Positions 7,657 to 14,754 of a stretch of 16,163 nt of DNA are shown piece by piece. The translations under genes and the position numbers were made by a program. Every line of letters starts with the position of its first letter. Within the stretch, counting starts at the first letter, position 1. The stretch lies in the IMG/VR virus record IMGVR_UViG_2744054628_000001, one strand, 5' to 3'. The notes below the pieces were generated by a model. That model was not told the origin of the DNA and did not search any database. It saw nothing but the letters and a program-made list of their open reading frames with translations. The stretch is from a virus (Duplodnaviria; Heunggongvirae; Uroviricota; Caudoviricetes).

Positions 7657-8400
7657 TTAACCTGCGGCGCTGACAGCCACCGCAGCCACGGCCACAAAAT
7701 CGCCGTCAGAAGTCATGCCCACAATGCTGACACTGCCCTGCTTCACGCCTTTCACCGTGGCCACAAGCCCGTTCAGGGTCACCGTGGCAGTCTGTGGATC
7801 TGTCGAATGCACACTGATCGCTTTGTCACTGGCTCCGTCAGGTTTTACTGTAAAGGTCAGCGTGGTGGTTGCTCCCACTTTTACACTGGCAGATGCCGGT
7901 GCCACCGTCAGCCCGGTAACGCTCACTGTTTCAGTGCCTTCCTCTGCCAGATACGGACGCCCCACACCGCTGATTTTCACTGTGCGGGTCATCACGTCTT
8001 TTGAGGCAATGGTTTTACCCAGTGAGCTCAGCCAGCCACGGAAAACATCAACAGTGCCGTTGGGATATTTGATACGAAACGCGCAGACTTCACCGGAGTC
8101 GAACAACTGAACCAGTTTTTTCTGCCCGCTGTCACCCGGACGCCAGGCCAGCGTCGCCGAAGTATCACCGACGGATTTCTGCCCCTGGGTTGTCGTTTTC
8201 CAGTCTGCATCTTCATCATCGAGATAAGTGTCATCTTCTGCATCAGCGGTCATTTCGCCAGGTTGCAGATCCTTCACCATCGCAAGACGCAGCCAGTCAG
8301 TGTCCGATAAAGGGTTCGCAAACGCATCGCCCTTGCCGGTGTACATCCAGAACGTCGTTCCCGCACCTTTCGTTTTTGCCAGTGGATTTGGTGTGGTCAT
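7657..8400 (-). CDS. V: Major tail protein gpV with C-terminal Ig-like (Big_2-type) domain
   Basis: MTTPNPLAKTKGAGTTFWMY...YLDDEDADW...NGTVDVFRGW resembles lambda V ([20 protein letters not shown]...YLDDEDADW...NGTVDVFRGW). AGGAGG SD 5 nt upstream of ATG 8400; the track start at 8406 is a GTG abutting the SD. Confidence 0.92.
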   Translation of the reverse strand: MTTPNPLAKTKGAGTTFWMYTGKGDAFANPLSDTDWLRLAMVKDLQPGEMTADAEDDTYLDDEDADWKTTTQGQKSVGDTSATLAWRPGDSGQKKLVQLFDSGEVCAFRIKYPNGTVDVFRGWLSSLGKTIASKDVMTRTVKISGVGRPYLAEEGTETVSVTGLTVAPASASVKVGATTTLTFTVKPDGASDKAISVHSTDPQTATVTLNGLVATVKGVKQGSVSIVGMTSDGDFVAVAAVAVSAAG

Positions 8401-8411
8401 TGCCACCTCCT

Positions 8412-8813
8412 TTAATTCGTGTACGTGATCTGGTACGTGATTTCCGCCATCGCCCAGGTGGCCATCTCATTATCACGTTGATAGTTAAAACCGAGAGGGA
8501 TCAGGGTGTCGATGAGTCCGGAAAGTGCCGGTATATCATTCAGAGCCGGGAAAATGGTGCTCTCCATCCACATATCCAGCTCTGAATCCGGTGCCTGTGC
8601 CCGGATGAAGACAGCAATATGCAGAACAGCCTGCCAGTCATCTTCATCCGTCATTTTTCCGGTGTACTGAGCATCACTCAGCCACACCGCCACGGCAGGC
8701 AGTTCCTGCGCATCAATAAATGCCGGAAGCCCGTCAAAAAACGTGGCGCTGTCTCCACACTGTTCCCGAAGGCGTGCCAGTACGGCCTGGCGGATTTGTG
8801 TATGTCGGTTCAT
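8412..8813 (-). CDS. U: Tail terminator protein gpU
   Basis: ...ATFFDGLPAFIDAQELPAVAVWLSDAQYTG...PDSELDMWMES...IPALS resembles lambda U (..ATFFDGRPAVFDEADFPAVAVYLTGAEYTG..PDSELDAWMES..IPALS). Start taken as the ATG overlapping the Z stop (ATGA); alternative ATG at 8825. Confidence 0.85.
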   Translation of the reverse strand: MNRHTQIRQAVLARLREQCGDSATFFDGLPAFIDAQELPAVAVWLSDAQYTGKMTDEDDWQAVLHIAVFIRAQAPDSELDMWMESTIFPALNDIPALSGLIDTLIPLGFNYQRDNEMATWAMAEITYQITYTN

Positions 8814-9388
8814 CGGGTCAGCCATAACCTCAGTTGTTGTTTCAGTGCATACCCCAGCTGTTTCGGCATTTCCGCAGCAATAATACGGTCGCGGGCATCT
8901 TCAAATGCCTGTGTCAGCGGTCCGGACAGCGGGACTTTCACCACATCAATGGGGTAACGATTTTTGCCATCAATACGCCGCATCACATGCCAGCGACCAT
9001 TCGCCAGTTGCTGAATAAACGCATCCCGGAAAAGATATTTACCCACCTTCAGCACACTGCCACGGTACTGCAGTTTTCCACCACGCCGGGCCAGTCTGAC
9101 CCGGGCTGTCCCCAGCTTAATAGCGGGCAGATTGCCCCGGTTAACGCGGATCCTGGCCGTCATTTTTCCTGACGGACTGGCTTTAAACATCCGGACACGC
9201 TGACGTACCAGTTTCAGGGGGATCCCTTTCACCTGGTTATCTCCCGCAACGGTATTCCCGGCAACCTGCCGGGTGGCGACCGAGACCGCTTTCTGTGCCA
9301 CACGGTTTATCGCCCATGCGCTGGCCTGTGGCACCATACGGGTATCAAGGCTGTTCAGATTACGGATGGCATTCTCAAGCCCCTTCAT
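8810..9388 (-). CDS. Z: Minor tail protein gpZ
   Basis: 192 aa; ...NGRWHVMRRIDGKNRYPIDVVKVP...LGYALKQQLR resembles lambda Z (..NGRWHVMQRVAGKNRYPIDVVKIP..LGYALQHQLR); SD AAGAGGTG upstream of ATG 9388. Confidence 0.9.
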   Translation of the reverse strand: MKGLENAIRNLNSLDTRMVPQASAWAINRVAQKAVSVATRQVAGNTVAGDNQVKGIPLKLVRQRVRMFKASPSGKMTARIRVNRGNLPAIKLGTARVRLARRGGKLQYRGSVLKVGKYLFRDAFIQQLANGRWHVMRRIDGKNRYPIDVVKVPLSGPLTQAFEDARDRIIAAEMPKQLGYALKQQLRLWLTR

Positions 9389-9399
9389 CCCACACCTCT

Positions 9400-9513
9400 T
9401 TACTCAATAAAGATCATTGGCTTACCGTTAAAACGTTCATGCCGTGTGACCGTCCATTGTTGTCCGTCATAAACAACGCGATCCCCGCGCCGTGGGCGGT
9501 ATCCGTCCATGCG
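9400..9513 (-). pseudogene. FII: gpFII-like C-terminal fragment (about 37 codons plus stop), immediately upstream of Z on the minus strand
   Basis: Minus-strand frame reads ...RMDGYRPRRGDRVVYDGQQWTVTRHERFNGKPMIFIE-stop, resembling the lambda FII C-terminal region (..RQLRRGDTLTIGEENFWVDRV..). Its stop TAA (9400-9402) overlaps the Z SD, the native FII-Z arrangement. No start codon or N-terminus on this strand. Confidence 0.5.
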
Positions 9514-12363
9514 CAGACGGTGGAGAAGAGCGCACAGGCTCATGAACGCATGGCCCGCGAGGTGGAGCAAACCCGCCAGCGTATGGAGGCACTGAGCCAG
9601 AAAATGCGCGAGGAACAGGCGCAGGCCATGGCTCTGGCGGAGGCTCAGGATAAAGCGGCTGCCGCGTTTTATCGTCAGATTGACAGTGTGAAACAGGCCA
9701 GTGCGGGACTGCAGGAATTACAGCGTATTCAGCAGCAGATCCGACAGGCCAGAAACAGTGGCGGGATTGGTCAGCAGGATTATCTGGCGCTGATTTCTGA
9801 GGTTACGGCGAAAACCGGTGTTCTTACGCAGGCTGAGGCAGAGGCTACCCGACAGAAAGTGGCGTTTATCCGTCAGCTTAAAGAGCAGGCAACCCGCCAG
9901 AATCTTTCTTCTTCTGAGTTGCTTCGTGCTAAGGCTGCCCAGCTGGGGGTAAGCAGTGCTGCAGAAGTGTATATCCGCAAAATGGAGCAGGCAGGAAAAG
10001 CCACGCATTCGCTGGGTCTGAAAAGTGCAGCGGCCCGCCAGGAGATAGGCGTTCTGATAGGTGAACTGGCCCGCGGCAATTTAGGTGCGCTGAGGGGATC
10101 CGGGATAACGCTGGCTAACCGTGCCGGATGGATAGACACACTGATGTCACCGAAAGGCATGATGCTGGGCGGGGTTATTGGCGGTATTGCCGCGGCCGTC
10201 TATGGTCTGGGTAAAGCCTGGTATGATGGTCAGAAGGAGGGGGAAGAATTTAACCGCCAGTTGTCGCTGACGGGGCATTATGCCGGAGTCACTGCCGGGC
10301 AGCTGTGGACGCTCAGTCGTGCTATTTCCGGGAATGGTATTACGCAACATGCTGCAGCCGGTGCGCTGGCTCAGGTGGTGGGGAGTGGTGCATTTCGTGG
10401 AAACGATATCGGTATGGTGGCGAGAGCTGCCGCACAGATGGAGCGATCGGTTGGCCAGTCGGTCAGCGATACCATAAATCAGTTTAAGCGGCTGAAGGAT
10501 GATCCTGTAAATGCCGCGAAGGCTCTGGACAATGAGCTGCATTTTCTTACTGCCACTCAGCTTGAGCAGATACGCGTCCTTGGGGAACAGGGGCGGTCCA
10601 GTGATGCGGCACGGATAGCCATGTCTGCACTGGCAGAGGAAACCGGTCGGCGTACTGCGGATATTGATAATAACCTCAATGCGCTGGGCAGTACGCTGAA
10701 GTATCTGTCTGATTTATGGAGTCGTTTCTGGGATGCGGCCATGAATATTGGTCGTGAAGACTCGCTGGATGAACAGATTTCCGCTTTACAGGAGAAAGTG
10801 TCGCGGGCGAAAAGACTCCCCTGGACGGCATCATCTTCTCAGGTTGAATACGATCAGCAGCGTCTTAACGAGCTTCAGGAGAAAAAACGCCAGAAGGATT
10901 TGCAGGATGCAAAAGAGCAGGCAGAGCGGAATTATCAGGAGCAACAGAAACGCCGTAATGCTGAAAATGCTGCACTGAACCGGATGAATGAAACGGAAGC
11001 AGCACGACATCAGCGTGAAATTGCGCGTATTAATTCCATGCAGTACGCCGATCAGGCTGTCAGGGATGCGGCGATACAACGTGAAAATGAACGTTACGAG
11101 AAAGCCCTGGCATCCGGTAAGAAAAAAACACGCGAACCCCGTAATGATGAGGCCACCCGGTTATTGCTGCAGTACAGTCAGCAACAGGCACAGGTGGAAG
11201 GACAGATTGCTGCTGCCAGACAGTCAGCAGGCATTGCCACGGAAAGGATGACAGAAGCGCATAAACAGCTTCTGGCTCTGCAGCAGCGCATCAGCGACCT
11301 GGACGGGAAAAAACTGACGGCAGATGAAAAGAGTGTGCTGGCCCGTAAAGATGAACTGATTCAGGCACTGACGCTGCTGGATGTAAAACAGCAGGAGCTT
11401 CAGAAACAGACGGCACTCAACGAGCTGAAGAAAAAAACAATTCAGCTGACCAGTCAACTGGCTGAAGAAGAGCGCGCTCAGCGTCAGCAACATGACCTGG
11501 ATATCGCCACGGTGGGTATGGGTGATCAGCAGCGGCAGCGATATCAGGTACAACTGAGTCTTCGCCAGAAATACCAGCAACAGCTGGAGCAGTTGAGGCG
11601 GGATAGTGAGCAGAAAGGAACATATAACACGGATGACTACAGAAAGGCCGAGCAGGCGCTGACGGAGAGCCTGAACCGACAACTGAATGAGAATCGCCGT
11701 TACTGGCAACAGCTTGAAGTTGTGCAGGGTAACTGGAAAAACGGAGTCCTGCGTGCATTTCAGGATTTTACCGTGGATGCAGATAATACGGCAGGAACAG
11801 CAGAACAGGTGTTCTCGTCAGCCTTCAGCAACATGGGAAATGGCCTGGCAACTTTTGTCACTACCGGCAAACTCAATTTCAAATCCTTCACCTCTTCTGT
11901 GCTGTCAGATATGGCGAAAATCCTGGCGCAGGCAACCATGATGAAATCGATAAAAGGGATTGGCAGTGTACTGGGATTTGATCTCAGCAGCCTTTCCCTG
12001 AATGCCAATGGGGGGATTTATCAGTCTGCTGATTTGAGTCGTTACAGTGGCACGGTGGTTAACCGTCCGACGTTTTTTGCTTTTGCAAAAGGCGCGGGTG
12101 TGATGGGGGAAGCGGGACCTGAAGCCATTCTGCCACTGCGTCGTGGTGCTGACGGTAAGCTGGGGGTTGTGGCGGATATTGGTGGTTCAGGTATGGCGAT
12201 GTTTGCCCCGCAGTACAACATCGAGATCAATAACGATGGCACGAACGGGCAGATAGGTCCGGCTGCCCTGAAGGTGGTTTATGACCTCGGGAAAAAAGCG
12301 GCAGCGGACTTTATGCAACAGCAGGCCCGTGATGGTGGTCGGTTAAGTGGAGCATATCGGTAA
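9514..12363 (+). pseudogene. H: Tail tape measure protein gpH-like, body and C-terminus (about 950 codons), separated from its N-terminus by the inversion
   Basis: Coiled-coil-rich ORF with a C-terminus resembling lambda H (...VINNDGTNGQIGPAALK.VYD......RDGG). The first 73 codons of the six-frame ORF (from 9295) are antisense to Z and FII and carry no SD. Stop TAA overlaps the M start (TAATG). Confidence 0.75.
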
Positions 12364-12692
12364 TGGAGACGTTTCACTGGAAAGTGCGCCCGGATATGAA
12401 TGTGGTATCAGAGCCGAAAGTGGTGACAGTGAAGCTGGGCGATGGTTATGAACAGCGTCGTGCGGCGGGACTGAATAACCAGTTGTCGACTTACAGCGTG
12501 ACGATACGTGTTCGTAAATGTGAACACCCATCTTTAAAAGCCTTTCTGGAACGGCACGGTGGCGTCCGCGCATTTCAGTGGACGCCACCTTATGACTGGA
12601 AGCCGATCAGGGTGGTTTGTCGTAAATGGTCGGCAAGCGTGGGGGCGCTGTGGATAACCATAACGGCAGATTTTGAACAGGTCGTGGCATAG
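12363..12692 (+). CDS. M: Minor tail protein gpM
   Basis: 109 aa, the same length as lambda M and similar along its whole length (METFHWKVRPDMNVVS... vs lambda MKTFRWKVKPGMDVAS...). Confidence 0.95.
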   Translation: METFHWKVRPDMNVVSEPKVVTVKLGDGYEQRRAAGLNNQLSTYSVTIRVRKCEHPSLKAFLERHGGVRAFQWTPPYDWKPIRVVCRKWSASVGALWITITADFEQVVA

Positions 12693-12701
12693 GAGGCTCT
12701 G

Positions 12702-13400
12702 ATGCAGGATATTCCACAGGAAACACATCATGAGACGACATGCCTCACTCAGTCAGCCCAAGTGGTGCTCTGGGAAATCGATCTGACAGAGGTCGGTGGT
12801 GAACGTTATTTTTTCTGTAATGAGCAGAACGAAAAAGGTGAGCCGGTTACCTGGCAGGGGCGGCAGTATCAGGCATACCCCATTCAGGGGACGGGATTTG
12901 AACTGAATGGCAAGGGCAGTGCTGCCCGTCCGACACTGACGGTTTCTAACCTGCACGGCATGGTCACCGGGATGGCGGAAGACCTGCAGAGTCTGGTCGG
13001 CGGAACGGTGGTCCGGCGTAAGGTTTACGCCCGTTTTCTGGATGCGGTGAACTTCGTCAACGGAAACAGTGACGCCGATCCGGAGCAGGAGGTGATCAGC
13101 CGCTGGCGCATCGAGCAGTGCAGCGAACTGAGCGCGGTGAGTGCCTCTTTTGTACTGTCCACGCCGACGGAAACGGACGGTGCCGTTTTTCCGGGACGTA
13201 TCATGCTGGCCAACACCTGCACCTGGACCTATCGCGGTGACGAGTGCGGTTATCACGGTCCGGCGGTCGCGGATGAATATGATCAGCCGACGTCCGATAT
13301 CACGAAGGATAAATGCAGCAAATGCCTGAGCGGCTGTAAGTTTCGCAATAACGTCGGCAACTTTGGCGGCTTCCTTTCCATTAACAAACTTTCGCAGTGA
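12702..13400 (+). CDS. L: Minor tail protein gpL
   Basis: 232 aa, very close to lambda L as I remember it (MQDI.QET...VVLWEIDLTEVGGERYFFCNEQNEKGEPVTWQGRQYQ...); AGGAGG SD 5 nt upstream of the ATG. Confidence 0.95.
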   Translation: MQDIPQETHHETTCLTQSAQVVLWEIDLTEVGGERYFFCNEQNEKGEPVTWQGRQYQAYPIQGTGFELNGKGSAARPTLTVSNLHGMVTGMAEDLQSLVGGTVVRRKVYARFLDAVNFVNGNSDADPEQEVISRWRIEQCSELSAVSASFVLSTPTETDGAVFPGRIMLANTCTWTYRGDECGYHGPAVADEYDQPTSDITKDKCSKCLSGCKFRNNVGNFGGFLSINKLSQ

Positions 13401-13405
13401 ATCCC

Positions 13406-14149
13406 ATGACAGAGACAGAATCAGCGATTCTGGCGCACGCCCGGCGATGTGCGCCAGCGGAGTCGTGCGGCTTCGTGGTGAGAACACCGGAGGGAGAAAG
13501 ATATTTTCCCTGCGTGAATATATCTGGTGAGCCGGAGGCGTATTTCCGGATGTCGCCGGAGGACTGGCTGAGTGCAGAAATGCAGGGAGAGATTGTGGCG
13601 CTGGTCCACAGCCACCCCGGTGGTCTGCCCTGGCTGAGTGAGGCCGACCGGCGGCTGCAGGTGCAGAGTGATTTGCCGTGGTGGCTGGTCTGCCGGGGGG
13701 CGATTCATAAATTCCGCTGTGTGCCGCATCTCACCGGGCGGCGCTTTGAGCACGGGGTGACGGACTGTTACACGCTGTTCCGGGACGCTTACCATCTGGC
13801 GGGAATTGAGATGCCGGATTTTCATCGCGGGGATGACTGGTGGCGTCACGGCCAGAATCTCTATCTTGACAATATGGAGGCAACGGGTTTTTACCGTGTC
13901 CCACTGACAGAGGCGCAGCCTGGCGACGTGCTGCTGTGCTGTTTTGGTTCATCGGTGCCGAATCATGCCGCCATTTACTGTGGCGACGGCGAGCTGCTGC
14001 ACCATATTCCTGAACAACTGAGTAAACGAGAGAGGTACACCGACAAATGGCAGCGACGCACACACTCCCTCTGGCGTCACCGGGCATGGCACGCATCTGC
14101 CTTTACGGGGATTTGCAACGATTTGGTCGCCGTATCGACCTTCGTGTGA
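13406..14149 (+). CDS. K: Tail assembly protein gpK (JAMM/MPN plus NlpC/P60 two-domain protein)
   Basis: Starts MTETESAILAHARR...; JAMM motif HSHPGGLPWLSEAD (H-x-H-x7-S-x2-D); NlpC/P60-like Cys (VTDCYTLF) and His (PNHAAIYCG). Track start GTG 13397 is an alternative. Confidence 0.93.
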   Translation: MTETESAILAHARRCAPAESCGFVVRTPEGERYFPCVNISGEPEAYFRMSPEDWLSAEMQGEIVALVHSHPGGLPWLSEADRRLQVQSDLPWWLVCRGAIHKFRCVPHLTGRRFEHGVTDCYTLFRDAYHLAGIEMPDFHRGDDWWRHGQNLYLDNMEATGFYRVPLTEAQPGDVLLCCFGSSVPNHAAIYCGDGELLHHIPEQLSKRERYTDKWQRRTHSLWRHRAWHASAFTGICNDLVAVSTFV

Positions 14150-14694
14150 AAACGGGGGCTGAAGCCATCCGGGCACTGGCCACACAGCTCCCGGTGTTTC
14201 GTCAGAAACTGAATGAGGGCTGGTATCAGGTGCGCATTGCCGGGCGTGATGCAGGCGAAAATGAATTATCTGCCCGTCTTAATGAGCCGCTGGCAAATGG
14301 TGCCGTGATCCACATCGTGCCGCGTCTGGCGGGAGCTAAAAGTGGCGGTGTGTTTCAGGTGGTGCTTGGGGCGGCGCTGATTGCGGTGGCATGGTGGAAC
14401 CCTGTGGGCTGGCTGGGGGCCGCGGCTGTATCGGGCATGTATGCGGCAGGGGCCAGTATGATCCTGGGCGGAGTGGCGCAGATGCTGGCACCGAAAGCCA
14501 GGACGCCCACGGCAGCCAGTACAGATAACGGCAAACAGAACACCTATTTCTCCTCACTGGATAACATGGTTGCCCAGGGCAATGTTCTGCCTGTTCTGTA
14601 CGGTGAAATGCGTGTGGGGTCGCGGGTGGTTTCTCAGGAGATCAGCACGGCAGACGAAGGGGACGGTGGTCAGGTTGTGGTGATTGGTCGCTGA
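14047..14694 (+). CDS. I: Tail assembly protein gpI
   Basis: MAATHTLPLASPGMARICLYGDLQRFGRR... and the C-terminus ...NVLPVLYGEMRVGSRVVSQEISTADEGDGGQVVVIGR match lambda I as I remember it; the 5' end overlaps K in another frame. Confidence 0.9.
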   Translation: MAATHTLPLASPGMARICLYGDLQRFGRRIDLRVKTGAEAIRALATQLPVFRQKLNEGWYQVRIAGRDAGENELSARLNEPLANGAVIHIVPRLAGAKSGGVFQVVLGAALIAVAWWNPVGWLGAAAVSGMYAAGASMILGGVAQMLAPKARTPTAASTDNGKQNTYFSSLDNMVAQGNVLPVLYGEMRVGSRVVSQEISTADEGDGGQVVVIGR

Positions 14695-14712
14695 TGCAAA
14701 ATGTTTTATGTG

Positions 14713-14740
14713 AAACCGCCTCCGGGCGGTTTTGTCGTTT
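14713..14740 (+). terminator. Stem-loop with U-rich tail between I and J (possible attenuator or terminator)
   Basis: AAACCGCC-TCCG-GGCGGTTT, a perfect 8 bp stem (14713-14732), followed by TGTCGTTT; lies between the I stop (14692-14694) and the J start (14755). Confidence 0.4.
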
Positions 14741-14754
14741 ATGGAGCATGACGA

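Noticed and set aside
9295-9513. N-terminal 73 codons of the 1022 aa six-frame ORF (MPHGLSPMRW...) as the true start of the tape measure gene
   Set aside because: This stretch is antisense to Z and to the FII C-terminal fragment, has no SD, and shows no H-like sequence; the recognisable H N-terminus is on the other strand at 6900-6694.
9389-9513. Divergent promoter region between Z (minus) and H (plus)
   Set aside because: The interval is fully accounted for as the inverted FII C-terminal coding fragment with the native FII-stop/Z-SD overlap; no -35/-10 elements stood out.
10147-11758. Several 100-160 aa minus-strand ORFs within the tape measure gene
   Set aside because: Antisense to H; Leu/Gln-rich translations reflect the complement of a coiled-coil coding region.
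12753-13487. 244 aa minus-strand ORF
   Set aside because: Antisense to the L and K genes; no independent support.
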